64,000 bases of DNA from Clostridiales bacterium (GCA_015055815.1 SVHM01000004.1:12025-76024); one strand, 5' to 3'. Shown: positions 1 to 10,868, numbered from the stretch's first letter. Notes: generated from the letters alone by a model not told the origin. Numbers and translations are program-made.

Positions 1-383
1 ATGTAACTGAAGGCGTTGCTGTTATGAAACATGAAGCAGTAGACATTTCAATTACAGGTAACTCTACAAACCCAGTAAGATTTACCCACCCTACTGCTGG
101 TTGCTACAAAAAATGGTGTATGGAAAACGGTAAGAACTATTTCTCAGTTGCTTCAGGTGGCGGTACTGGTAGAACTCTTCACCCAGATAACGTTGGCGCA
201 GGTTCAGCAAGTTACGGTCTAACTGATACAATGGGAAGAATGCACGCAGACGCTCAATTCGCCGGCTCTTCATCAGTTCCTGCTCACGTAGATATGATGG
301 GATATATCGGAATGGGTAACAACCCAATGGTTGGTGCTACTGTATCTCTAGCAGTTAAATCTTATCAAGCACTAAACAACTAA
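1..383 (+). CDS. GGGtGRT family protein, 3' part (truncated at window start)
   Basis: Contains SGGGTGRTLHPD signature; frame is open back to the window edge (..VTEGVAVM). Confidence 0.9.
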   Translation, partial: VTEGVAVMKHEAVDISITGNSTNPVRFTHPTAGCYKKWCMENGKNYFSVASGGGTGRTLHPDNVGAGSASYGLTDTMGRMHADAQFAGSSSVPAHVDMMGYIGMGNNPMVGATVSLAVKSYQALNN

Positions 384-386
384 AAC

Positions 387-417
387 AAAAATCCATAGCC
401 TTCTATGGATTTTTTTG
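387..417 (+). terminator. Intrinsic terminator
   Basis: AAAAATCCATAG-cctt-CTATGGATTTTTTT immediately after the stop codon. Confidence 0.85.
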
Positions 418-497
418 TTTGTCCTTTTAAATTGTTTGACAGTGAACATGAAAAAATATTATACTTAATTATATTATGTAGATATTTAGGAGAAAAA

Positions 498-1430
498 ATG
501 AGATTTTTAGAAACATTTAACAATGAAACACCTTTGTTTCTTGAAGAAAATAACAAAAAATACAAAAAACAATTAAATGAAATAAACACTCTTATTAACC
601 AAATAAGTATAAAATATACCGAACTTTCAAACGATTTAACTTCACAAGAACACAAATCACTTATTGCTTCAGCAAAAGAAATTCAAAGTTTATTCACTTC
701 AAAAAAATTAAAACTTGACGTAGTTGTTGAAAATTTAAACAAAGCAACTAATCAAAAAATTGCTGAATTTAATAATATAAAAAACAAACTACTTTCAGCA
801 CTTTCTGAAATTTCTAACCCACAAGAAGCAATTGTTTGTCTATTTAACATTGAAAATAACGACTTTACACCATGCGAAGAAGGAAAGGAAGTTGTTATTC
901 TAGGCGAACACAATAATATAATTGGCAATATAATAGATATTGTCAACGGACTTATCGTAGAAAACAATTACGAAACAATTGAACAAAGCCAAACAACTTT
1001 CAATTACACTACACTTGAAAATAATACAAACACTTGCAAATCTCAAGCTGGTGAATTATTTGGTCACAAACAAGGCAAACTAGACAAATACTTAGAACTA
1101 ATCAACAAATTAGAAGAAAGCGGTAAAGTTCTTGTTAATTTCTACACAATGAAAGAAAATTTAATTAAAATTGGCTGTCCAGAAAAAACAGTTAAAGATT
1201 TTGAAAACGAACTTAACAAAAGTTACTTACCACTTGTAAAAACTTTACAAAAAGACTTAAAAGTTGACTTAGACGACATTTCAAATGTTAATACAAGTGC
1301 TTCAAAAATTGCATCTTCAATGAATACAATTAATCAGTTATTTTCAGCAACTTTAGAAAAACCATCTGAAGAAGCCCCTACTGAAGAAACTTCAACCGAA
1401 GACACAAATACAAATTTAGAAGATTTCTAA
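498..1430 (+). CDS. Hypothetical protein with coiled-coil N-terminus and acidic tail (~310 aa)
   Basis: AGGAG RBS before ATG at 498; heptad-like N-terminal half; tail EEAPTEETSTEDTNTNLEDF; no family recognised. Confidence 0.75.
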   Translation: MRFLETFNNETPLFLEENNKKYKKQLNEINTLINQISIKYTELSNDLTSQEHKSLIASAKEIQSLFTSKKLKLDVVVENLNKATNQKIAEFNNIKNKLLSALSEISNPQEAIVCLFNIENNDFTPCEEGKEVVILGEHNNIIGNIIDIVNGLIVENNYETIEQSQTTFNYTTLENNTNTCKSQAGELFGHKQGKLDKYLELINKLEESGKVLVNFYTMKENLIKIGCPEKTVKDFENELNKSYLPLVKTLQKDLKVDLDDISNVNTSASKIASSMNTINQLFSATLEKPSEEAPTEETSTEDTNTNLEDF

Positions 1431-1440
1431 AATTACAAAC

Positions 1441-1484
1441 AAAAAGAAAGGTAATATCGCAAATTTGATATTACCTTTCTTTTT
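1441..1484. terminator. Bidirectional intrinsic terminator
   Basis: 18-bp perfect inverted repeat AAAAAGAAAGGTAATATC / GATATTACCTTTCTTTTT between convergent genes, overlapping the XRE stop codon. Confidence 0.85.
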
Positions 1485-1671
1485 CTTCTCCAGTAATTAA
1501 ATACTCAATACTTACTTTAAAATATTTAGCCATTTGAAGCAATAAATTTAAACTTGGCTCCCTTTTGCCATTTTCATAATGAGACAAAGCTTCCCTTGAA
1601 ATATGCAAATCAAGAGCCACTTTTTGTTGATTTAAATTTCTTTCTAATCTAATTTTTTTCAAGCCTTTCAT
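1471..1671 (-). CDS. XRE-family helix-turn-helix regulator (66 aa)
   Basis: LKKIRLERNLNQQKVALDLHISREALSHYENGKREP is a classic HTH_3 pattern; start placed at MKGLKK. Confidence 0.9.
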   Translation of the reverse strand: MKGLKKIRLERNLNQQKVALDLHISREALSHYENGKREPSLNLLLQMAKYFKVSIEYLITGEEKER

Positions 1672-1730
1672 AAATTTATTATTCCCACTTGACAATATTG
1701 TAACAATTAGCGTTATTTTCAAAAAAGAAT

Positions 1731-2672
1731 TTACATTACCCTATTACTACTTCCAAACACATTATCCATTTTGTGTTTTACTACTTGTTTTATAAGTTTC
1801 ATGCCTTCTAAGTTGTATTTTCTCATATCAACATTACTTGGGTTTTCAGCTAGACTTTTTCTTATTCCTGCGGTGAAAGAAAGTCTTAGGTCGCTATCAA
1901 CATTTACTTTACATACATTATGAGAACATGCTTCTCTAAGCATTTCTTCTGGTATACCACAAGAACCAGAAAGTGTTGCGCCATACTCTTCAGCAAGTTT
2001 AACCATATCTTGTGGAATAGAACTTGCACCATGTAGTACTATTGGGAAGAATGGTAGCAATTTTTCTACTTCTTCTAGAATATCAAATCTAAGTTTTGCT
2101 TCACCTTTAAATTTAACTGTTCCATGACTAGTACCAATTGCAATTGCAAGGCTATCTACTCCCGTTGCTTTTACAAACTCATATGCTTGTTTAGGGTCGG
2201 TATACTTAGCTTGGTCTTCTGTAGCACTCACTTCATCTTCAACACCTGCAAGCACTCCAATTTCAGCTTCAACGGTAACGCCTTTGCTATGAGCATATTC
2301 TACAACTCTCTTAGTTACTTCAATATTTTCTTCATAAGGAAGATGAGAAGCATCAATCATAACATTTGTAAAACCAGCATCGATACATTTCTTACAATCT
2401 TCAAAAGTCGCACCATGGTCAAGATTTAAACAAACTGGTACCGTCATTTTTTCTGCATATGATTTACACATTGCAACTAACGTATCTACTCCAGCATATT
2501 TAATAGCACCAGTCGAGCATTGAACTATAACTGGGCTTTTATTTTCTTCTGCACTTTCTAAAATACTTTTTAAAGTCTCTAAATTTACAAAGTTAAACGC
2601 CCCTACTCCATATTTATTTCTAATTGCATCATCAAAAATTCTCTTTGCATTTTGTAATTCCATAATATTCAC
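1731..2672 (-). CDS. fba: Class II fructose-1,6-bisphosphate aldolase
   Basis: GAFNFVNLE, LDHG, MIDAS, AIGTSHG, VLHGASS, KVNVDSDLR motifs. Confidence 0.95.
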   Translation of the reverse strand: MNIMELQNAKRIFDDAIRNKYGVGAFNFVNLETLKSILESAEENKSPVIVQCSTGAIKYAGVDTLVAMCKSYAEKMTVPVCLNLDHGATFEDCKKCIDAGFTNVMIDASHLPYEENIEVTKRVVEYAHSKGVTVEAEIGVLAGVEDEVSATEDQAKYTDPKQAYEFVKATGVDSLAIAIGTSHGTVKFKGEAKLRFDILEEVEKLLPFFPIVLHGASSIPQDMVKLAEEYGATLSGSCGIPEEMLREACSHNVCKVNVDSDLRLSFTAGIRKSLAENPSNVDMRKYNLEGMKLIKQVVKHKMDNVFGSSNRVM

Positions 2673-2901
2673 CTCTAATTTTTATTTTAGCTTAATAATG
2701 AAAATTTGGCAAATAATTACTATTCAAAATTTTAATTCGGTCAAAAATTAAATAAATTTATAAAAAATATTAAATTCTTTTTCTTTTTAATTGTTTTTTT
2801 TCATTTATTAATATAAAATATAATATATATTATGGTACAAACAATATTACTCAACGCAAACATAGTTTTGAGTAATTAAAAATATTTATTTGGAGATTAT
2901 T

Positions 2902-3795
2902 ATGAAAATAGCATTTATTATCCCCGTACTTAGCGAAGTAAATTTGCAAAGAACTTTTAATAGAATTAACGAAGCTTGTGATGTAGATTTTGATATTTAC
3001 TTTGCAATAAACGGTAAATTAAATAGCTTTTTTACACAAGTTAGAAGCACATATTTAAATGAAAGTAGAGTAAAAGCATTTATGGCTGACAGACCTATTG
3101 GAGAACATAAACTTATCACTCTTGGAATGGAAATGACTGAAGATTATGATGCTACAATCATTTACTCTGGCAAAGAAGATGTCAATACAGATGTAATGAA
3201 AGCATTTATTGCTAGCTGGAAAGCAGGAAACAAAATTGTTTACCTTAAAAAACAATTTTCAGGTTTTAAAAATTTATATATGAAAATTAAAAGAGCCATT
3301 TATTCGCTAGGAATAAAAATGCTTGGAATTTTCAAAGACAGATGTGCCGAAACTGATATTCAACTTCTAGACCAAGACGTTGTAAAAACTATTAATCAAT
3401 TACCACAAAAAAATAGACAACTAAGAGTGCTTGATAGTTTCGTTGGCTTCCCTATCGATATTATTCAGTTAGAAATAGACAATAAAGTTAAAGACAATAA
3501 ATTATACGAAGAAAAAACAAAGAAATTTAAAGTTTGTAGAGTTTCATCATTTTTAAGTTTCTTCATAGGTGCAGTTGGTATAGCAGTTCCAATTGTTGGA
3601 ATGGTTTTAAAATGGACACTTCCTGCAGTTTTAATCATTTTCTTATTAGCACTAGGAGTTTTCGGTTTAATAATGTCATTTATCTTTAATATTAAGAAAA
3701 CATTACATTATAGAGTTGGCGAACAAAATGAACTTCCAGAACTTAACGATTTAAGGAATAAATTGGAAAAATATAATATTGCAAATAAGAAATAA
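2902..3795 (+). CDS. Degenerate GT2 (GtrB/YkoT-like) membrane protein with two C-terminal TM helices
   Basis: IAFIIPV start, WKAGNKIVY, DIQLLDQDVV, two hydrophobic helices; DDGS and DADLQ motifs absent. Confidence 0.7.
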   Translation: MKIAFIIPVLSEVNLQRTFNRINEACDVDFDIYFAINGKLNSFFTQVRSTYLNESRVKAFMADRPIGEHKLITLGMEMTEDYDATIIYSGKEDVNTDVMKAFIASWKAGNKIVYLKKQFSGFKNLYMKIKRAIYSLGIKMLGIFKDRCAETDIQLLDQDVVKTINQLPQKNRQLRVLDSFVGFPIDIIQLEIDNKVKDNKLYEEKTKKFKVCRVSSFLSFFIGAVGIAVPIVGMVLKWTLPAVLIIFLLALGVFGLIMSFIFNIKKTLHYRVGEQNELPELNDLRNKLEKYNIANKK

Positions 3796-3887
3796 TATCT
3801 AAATTACTTGTTTAATATAGTATTTTAGGGTTAAAATAAAAAAGACATTAATTTGTCTTTTTTTTAATTTATGTACAAGGAGACACA

Positions 3888-4994
3888 ATGTTTAACAAAT
3901 TTGATTATGAGAAAAAACTAGCAAATAAACTTATCACTTATTCTTGCAAAGTTCAAAAGGGAGAAAAAGTTTTAATTACTTATAGCGATTGTCCCGATAG
4001 TATAATTGAACATCTTATTGAAGAAATTACTCTTTGCGGTGGCATTCCACTACCCTTTAGGCTAGATAAAACAATAAAAAGACGATTGCTACTTAATAGT
4101 ACGACAGAATGGTTTGAATATTATCGTCAAATTGTAGAGCCAATAATGTCGTCTGCTGATGCTGTAATACTTATTGGTGGAAGTCATAATGACTTTGAAC
4201 TTTCAGACATTTCGGCAAATACATTTGCTGAGTATAGTAAACTTTATGTAGAGCCTATACATTTTAAAATAAGATGTTCAAAAAAATGGGTACTACTTAG
4301 ATACCCTACTCCATCTTTTGCACAAAGTAGCGGTATTAGTAGCGAGAGCTTCGAAGAGTTTTTCTACAAGGTTTGTACACTTGACTATGAAAGTTTAGAC
4401 AAGAAAATGAATAACTTAAAAGAACTTATGGAAAAAACAGATAAAGTGCATATAGTAACCCCTACAACCGATTTAACATTTTCTATTAAAGACATGCCCG
4501 CTATCAAATGTAGTGGTCAGTGTAATATCCCCGATGGCGAAATTTATACTGCGCCAGTCAAAAACTCTGTAAATGGAACAATAGTATTTAACGTTCCAGC
4601 AATAGACAATGGCAGTGAATTTAATAATATATCATTAACATTTGAAAATGGAAAAATTATAGACTTTAATTGTAACAACAATGAAGCATTTGAAGAAATA
4701 TTAAATACCGATAGCGGTAGTAGGTATTTGGGAGAATTTGCATTTGGACTTAATCCATATTGCACTGAGCCTAAAAAAGATATTTTGTTTGATGAAAAAA
4801 TGATATCTTCAATTCATTTGGCTATTGGCAGTAGTTATGAAGATTGTTTTAATGGTAATATTAGTGCCGTTCATTTAGACTTAATTCAGAGCCACAAAGA
4901 AAATCTTGGCGGTGGCAAAATTTACTTTGATGGGGCATTAATTTATGAAAATGGTAAATTTATATATCCAAATTTAGTTGATTTAAATCAATAA
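3888..4994 (+). CDS. Aminopeptidase, M29 family (AmpS/PepS-like)
   Basis: NIPDGEIYTAP, YLGEFAFG, ILFDEK, HLAIGSSY, SAVHLD motifs. Confidence 0.92.
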   Translation: MFNKFDYEKKLANKLITYSCKVQKGEKVLITYSDCPDSIIEHLIEEITLCGGIPLPFRLDKTIKRRLLLNSTTEWFEYYRQIVEPIMSSADAVILIGGSHNDFELSDISANTFAEYSKLYVEPIHFKIRCSKKWVLLRYPTPSFAQSSGISSESFEEFFYKVCTLDYESLDKKMNNLKELMEKTDKVHIVTPTTDLTFSIKDMPAIKCSGQCNIPDGEIYTAPVKNSVNGTIVFNVPAIDNGSEFNNISLTFENGKIIDFNCNNNEAFEEILNTDSGSRYLGEFAFGLNPYCTEPKKDILFDEKMISSIHLAIGSSYEDCFNGNISAVHLDLIQSHKENLGGGKIYFDGALIYENGKFIYPNLVDLNQ

Positions 4995-5011
4995 AAAACT
5001 TATAATTATAG

Positions 5012-6052
<1,041 letters not shown>

Positions 6053-6075
6053 TTAAAAAATTATATTTAATACCA

Positions 6076-6111
6076 AAAAGATGTTAGACTTAATTTCTAA
6101 CATCTTTTTTT
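6076..6111. terminator. Bidirectional terminator between gap and the metal ATPase
   Basis: AAAAGATGTTAGA-cttaatt-TCTAACATCTTTTTTT. Confidence 0.85.
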
Positions 6112-6186
6112 GTTGTTATTTAATTATAACTTTATAAATTTAGTAAAAATATATTAAAAATTTTAATCTTTAAGTTAACAATAACT

Positions 6187-8208
6187 TTATTTTTTATCTT
6201 TATAAAGAAGCACTCTCAAAGAATTTAGTATTGCAAGCAAGGTAACTCCCACATCTGCAAAGACTGCCAGTAACATACCGGTAATTCCCAATGCGCCCAA
6301 AACTAAAAATGTAAGTTTTGTAACACCAGCAAAAATAATATTCTGAAAAACAATTCTCTTAGTGCGTTTTGATATTTTGATAAGAGATGGAATTTTGCTT
6401 AAGTTATCATCAGCAATAACAACGTCACTACATTCAATAGTTGCAGGACTACCCATAATTCCCATACTTATTCCCACGTCTGACATTGTAAGAGCGGGAG
6501 CGTCATTTATTCCATCACCAACAAAAGAAATTCTCTTGCCGTCTTTTTTCAAATTATCCAAAATTTTAAATTTGTCTTGCGGAAGTAATTTACTATTATA
6601 CTCATCAATGCCTATTTCATTTGCAACACATTTTGCAACGTAATTATTATCACCCGTAAGCATAATAGTTTTGATTTTTAAATCTTTAATATCTTTGATT
6701 ACTTGTACTGTATTTTCTTTAATTTCATCTCGAAGATAAATAGTTCCCAAATGTTTTCCATTTTTTAGAACAGTAACTACCGTACTACTTTCTTTTGACG
6801 ACCCCCTGCCGATAAAATATTTGTCATCTTCAAACTCAAATTCAATTCCACTTCCCGAAGTTTCATGATAATTTTTTATTTTTATTTTCTTTTGTTTACC
6901 AGCATACTCACATATCGCTTTAGCAATTGGGTGAATAGAATTTTGTTCACCTGCAACAACTATTTCAAAAAATTTCTTTTCATCTTCACATTCAACTTTA
7001 ACAACTTTAAAATTACCCGTAGTCAATGTTCCCGTTTTATCAAAAACAATTGTATCAAGTTTACTACAATAATCTAAATAATTACTACCTTTAATAAGAA
7101 TACCGTTTTTGCTACATCTTCCAATACCCGAAAAATAAGTAAGTGGAACAGAAATTGCAAATGCACAAGGACAAGATACAACCAAAAATATTAGCCCCCT
7201 ATAAATAGCAGTTGAAATATCTCCTAGTATAAGCCATGTTATACCCCAAACAATAATAGCAGATATTATAACACCAAGAGTGTAATAAGATGAAAACTTT
7301 GAAATAAATGTTTCAGTTTTAGATTTTTTATTTGTAGCATTACTTACCAAATTTAATATCTTTGAAACAGTACTATCTTTATATAAACTTGTAACCTTTA
7401 TAGTCACTGCACTATCAAGAATTATTGACCCACTCTCAATAGTATCTCCAGCCTTTATTGATATAGGTAAACTCTCACCAGTTAAGTGTCTTTTATCAGC
7501 TGTTGCGTTACCTTCAATTACAATTCCATCAAGTGGAACTTTCTCGCCAGGCTTAACAATAATTATATCATCAATCTGAACAACTTCAGGCTTGACTTTT
7601 TTCTCAACTCCATCACTTAAAATAACAGCAAATTCAGGTTGTGAAGTTATAAGATTTGAAATACTTTTTCTTGAATAATTTACCGCCTTACTTTCTAAAA
7701 ATTTGCCCATAGTATAAAGGGCTATAACCATAATCCCTTCCATACTTTCTCCAAGTAAAATTGCTCCATAAACTGATATGGTTATAAGTGTATTTTCATT
7801 AACCTTAAAACCCTTCAATTGAACTATCGCTTTATAATAAGTTTTATATCCAAGAAGCAAAGAGGAAATTATTAACAGAACATAAAACAAAACCAACTTT
7901 GTCTTTAAAAATAATGTTACAATACCCAAAATAACGCCAATAATATATAAGATAATGTCATAAACCCTTGTACCATTGTCATTATTTACACTTTCGCTTA
8001 AAGTAACAGACGGATTAACCTGTTTAGTTGTTTTATATATTTCTCTCATAATAGATTTATATTTTTCGTCGTCTATATCCAAGAAAATTTTACTTGTAGA
8101 GAAGTTAACAATACACTCATTTACTCCATTTATTTTTTCTAAATATTTCTCTAGTGTTAAAGCACAATGACCACAATCAAGACCAATTATATTTAATTCC
8201 TTTTTCAT
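6187..8208 (-). CDS. cadA: Heavy-metal (Zn/Cd/Pb) P1B-type ATPase
   Basis: N-terminal CGHC metal-binding domain, TGES, SCPC, DKTGTLT, HP, GDGIND; C-terminal ADVG typical of P1B-2. Confidence 0.9.
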   Translation of the reverse strand: MKKELNIIGLDCGHCALTLEKYLEKINGVNECIVNFSTSKIFLDIDDEKYKSIMREIYKTTKQVNPSVTLSESVNNDNGTRVYDIILYIIGVILGIVTLFLKTKLVLFYVLLIISSLLLGYKTYYKAIVQLKGFKVNENTLITISVYGAILLGESMEGIMVIALYTMGKFLESKAVNYSRKSISNLITSQPEFAVILSDGVEKKVKPEVVQIDDIIIVKPGEKVPLDGIVIEGNATADKRHLTGESLPISIKAGDTIESGSIILDSAVTIKVTSLYKDSTVSKILNLVSNATNKKSKTETFISKFSSYYTLGVIISAIIVWGITWLILGDISTAIYRGLIFLVVSCPCAFAISVPLTYFSGIGRCSKNGILIKGSNYLDYCSKLDTIVFDKTGTLTTGNFKVVKVECEDEKKFFEIVVAGEQNSIHPIAKAICEYAGKQKKIKIKNYHETSGSGIEFEFEDDKYFIGRGSSKESSTVVTVLKNGKHLGTIYLRDEIKENTVQVIKDIKDLKIKTIMLTGDNNYVAKCVANEIGIDEYNSKLLPQDKFKILDNLKKDGKRISFVGDGINDAPALTMSDVGISMGIMGSPATIECSDVVIADDNLSKIPSLIKISKRTKRIVFQNIIFAGVTKLTFLVLGALGITGMLLAVFADVGVTLLAILNSLRVLLYKDKK

Positions 8209-8570
8209 ACCAATTCTCCCACATGTTTTAGACCAATTTCAAATATATCTTTCACATGTTTATCTGCTAAAAAATAAAAAACTGTTTTACCAATTTTTTC
8301 TAATTTTACAAGTCCATTGTCTTTTAAATTTTTCAACTGATGGGAGACTGCAGATTTAGTCATATTAAGAGAATATGCAATATCGTTTACACACATCTTT
8401 TTTGATTTGTCAAGGACATAAATTATCTTAAGCCTAGTCTCGTCGGCAACACATTTGAAAAAGTCTAACATATTATCTAATTCATTAAAATTACTAACCA
8501 ACATCATTGCTTTTTCAGTTACTTCCCTATGAATACATTCACAATCACAACCACTATTATTTTTAATCAT
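8205..8570 (-). CDS. ArsR/SmtB-family metal-sensing repressor (CadC-like)
   Basis: N-terminal CDCECIH, DETRLKII, CVNDIA, SAVSHQLKNL; stop overlaps the ATPase start (ATGA). Confidence 0.92.
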   Translation of the reverse strand: MIKNNSGCDCECIHREVTEKAMMLVSNFNELDNMLDFFKCVADETRLKIIYVLDKSKKMCVNDIAYSLNMTKSAVSHQLKNLKDNGLVKLEKIGKTVFYFLADKHVKDIFEIGLKHVGELV

Positions 8571-8586
8571 ATTATCCCCTTTATAG

Positions 8587-8643
8587 TTGAATGTATATTC
8601 AATTATACACCCTATTATAGTTGAATATTCATTCAATTGTCAA
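8587..8643 (-). promoter_or_regulatory. Sigma-A promoter with two ArsR/SmtB-type operators
   Basis: Minus-strand TTGACA (8638-8643)-18-TATAAT (8614-8619); palindromes TTGAAT-N4-ATTCAA at 8587-8602 and 8621-8636. Confidence 0.85.
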
Positions 8644-8652
8644 GCAAATAAA

Positions 8653-8680
8653 AAAAGTAATAAGACGTTCTTATTACTTT
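8653..8680 (-). terminator. Intrinsic terminator of the methyltransferase-like pair
   Basis: AAAGTAATAAGA-cgt-TCTTATTACTTT abutting the stop at 8681; A-run gives the U-tract on the minus strand. Confidence 0.75.
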
Positions 8681-9715
8681 CTACATTTCTTTTTCTAAAA
8701 ACTCAACTACATTAAATTCTCTTTCGCTCGCTTTCTCTACACATATGCCATCAATATTTATATAATTTGAACCCGCATCAACTTCTTTAATAGTAACTTT
8801 ACCACCTTTGCAAAATTGTTGCATTTTATAAGCCATACTTTCATACTCATACTCTGGGAAAATATCTAGATAGGAGTTATTATTTGCATTATTATCAACC
8901 GAATTGCTTAACACTTTTTTAGAATATTTCTTATATATATACTCAGGTGCAAAATTATAATATACTTGAATTTTGCCACCACTTTTTAAGTTATTACTAT
9001 ATAAATGTTTTACTACTACCGAAAAATCAATTAAGTCTATATAATCACCAACGTTTGAAAGCATTATAAGGTCTGCTTTCTTATCTTTTAATGCTTTTGG
9101 AAAATCCATAAACTCTTCAACAATATAATCAATTTGAGTATTAGGAATTCTTTCTTTTAAAGTATTAAAGTCTGTTATGTTTTTATAATAACTATTAGAC
9201 ATTTGGTCTTCATTAAATACACCCGGATGATGAAATAAATTTCTAAGTAAAACTTTTTGAGACCTTTCACCCATTTCAAGCATCAATGTATCCCAAAATT
9301 CTTTTGCTTTTGGAGATAAGTCATGAGATATTTTACTATAATACTTAGGATTTAAAACGTTCTTTCTTCTAAAATATTTCAGAAACTCTTCAAAGCTTAA
9401 ATTCCTAATTGCCGAAAGTTTTAATTCAACATAAAATCTAGCAACTGGATTTCCATCAATTAAAGTTATTTCGTTTGCTCCTTTAAGTATTGAATTTAAT
9501 ACTTGGTCACCTGAACTTCCAACAGTTATTACAGATTTCCCATCCAAATTGATATCTTTTAAACTATCACAAATATTTTCATTACTAAACGGATAAACTC
9601 TGTTTGCAGTAGTATTAAAGTCTTCATATTCATAACCAAATTCTTCACAAACCCTACCTAAAGCCACGTTATAATCTTTATCATAGATATACTCTTTATC
9701 TTCTTCAGTTATCAT
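8681..9715 (-). CDS. SAM-dependent transferase-fold protein (DUF3419/BtaA-like), paralogue 2
   Basis: YPFSNENI, VITVGSSGDQ, ITLIDGNP, FYVELK, DLIMLSNV, LKSGG motifs. Confidence 0.7.
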   Translation of the reverse strand: MITEEDKEYIYDKDYNVALGRVCEEFGYEYEDFNTTANRVYPFSNENICDSLKDINLDGKSVITVGSSGDQVLNSILKGANEITLIDGNPVARFYVELKLSAIRNLSFEEFLKYFRRKNVLNPKYYSKISHDLSPKAKEFWDTLMLEMGERSQKVLLRNLFHHPGVFNEDQMSNSYYKNITDFNTLKERIPNTQIDYIVEEFMDFPKALKDKKADLIMLSNVGDYIDLIDFSVVVKHLYSNNLKSGGKIQVYYNFAPEYIYKKYSKKVLSNSVDNNANNNSYLDIFPEYEYESMAYKMQQFCKGGKVTIKEVDAGSNYINIDGICVEKASEREFNVVEFLEKEM

Positions 9716-9725
9716 TTCTCACCTT

Positions 9726-10724
9726 TTATTTTTCCAACATCAAACACGTTTGATATGGTCTATGCTCTATCATATAATCTCTTGCTTTTCTTGTAATAAC
9801 CCCATCTTCACCGTATGTTCCAGCCACATAAATAGCAGGAGTTTCAACTGGAATAGCTTTAATTTTACCCCTATACCTATTCTTTCCTAAATACTTATCG
9901 CTAATGAATGCAATAAAGTCTTTAACTCCTTCATCTTTCTTAAAGAAATAATTTAATTGTATACGTCCATGTGGCAACAAATGGTCAGAATACAACTTAT
10001 TAATCCTGTATTTATACCTTTCTCTATCTACATAATCAAATACATTAGAAAGCAAGATTAGGTCGTATTTAAAGCCTCTAGTCGCATTCAAAATATTATC
10101 AAATTCTTCTGTCTTGTAAGTTATATTTACATTAGACAATTTTTCTCTTAATTTCAAATACTCTTTTTCACTACAATAAAAGTTATTTATAAACTCACCT
10201 TCATTAAACATAGTAAGTTCTTCTTTATTAGTCCCTTCATTAACTTGGTACTTAAACAATCTTGGCTTAATTTCTTCTTTTTTCTTATCATCACAAGCCA
10301 TTATTCTATCCCAAAAATACTTAACTTCAGGGCTTAAATCATGACTAACCTTGTCATAATACTCGCTGTTTAATATATTTTGTGGGGTAAAATAGGATAG
10401 AAACTGCCTTAATGACAAATTTTTAATGCTAGCAATTTTAAGCTCAACATAAAACTTTGCGTATATATTAGCATCAAATAAAGTAATTTCTTTTGCCCCT
10501 TTATACGCACAATGTAATACTTGTTCTCCCGAACTTCCTACTGTTAAAACTTTCTTACCTTCAAGGTCAATATCTTTAAGATACTCGCCAATATTTTCGT
10601 TCGTAAACGAATATATTCTATCAGCACTTCCATGAGTTGGCTTTATATTTTCATGCACAACCCTATCAACCAAAGGTTGAATATTATTTCTATTTAAATA
10701 CGACCTAAATTTATCATCAATCAT
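9726..10724 (-). CDS. SAM-dependent transferase-fold protein (DUF3419/BtaA-like), paralogue 1
   Basis: YSFTNENI, VLTVGSSGEQ, ITLFDAN, FYVELK, YDLILLSNV; GGGGAG RBS before ATG at 10724. Confidence 0.7.
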   Translation of the reverse strand: MIDDKFRSYLNRNNIQPLVDRVVHENIKPTHGSADRIYSFTNENIGEYLKDIDLEGKKVLTVGSSGEQVLHCAYKGAKEITLFDANIYAKFYVELKIASIKNLSLRQFLSYFTPQNILNSEYYDKVSHDLSPEVKYFWDRIMACDDKKKEEIKPRLFKYQVNEGTNKEELTMFNEGEFINNFYCSEKEYLKLREKLSNVNITYKTEEFDNILNATRGFKYDLILLSNVFDYVDRERYKYRINKLYSDHLLPHGRIQLNYFFKKDEGVKDFIAFISDKYLGKNRYRGKIKAIPVETPAIYVAGTYGEDGVITRKARDYMIEHRPYQTCLMLEK

Positions 10725-10839
10725 TTTATTCTCCCCCAAAATAAAAGATTTACAAACTATCCACCATAAAAATATATATCTCACCCAAAAATATTTACAG
10801 TAGATAAAAAAAACCACCAAATTTATTATACTTATATAT

Positions 10840-10868
10840 ATTATACCATATTAAATGACAAATTTCAA
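10840..10868 (-). promoter_or_regulatory. Sigma-A promoter for the DUF3419-like pair
   Basis: Minus-strand TTGAAA-17-TATAAT with extended TG. Confidence 0.65.
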
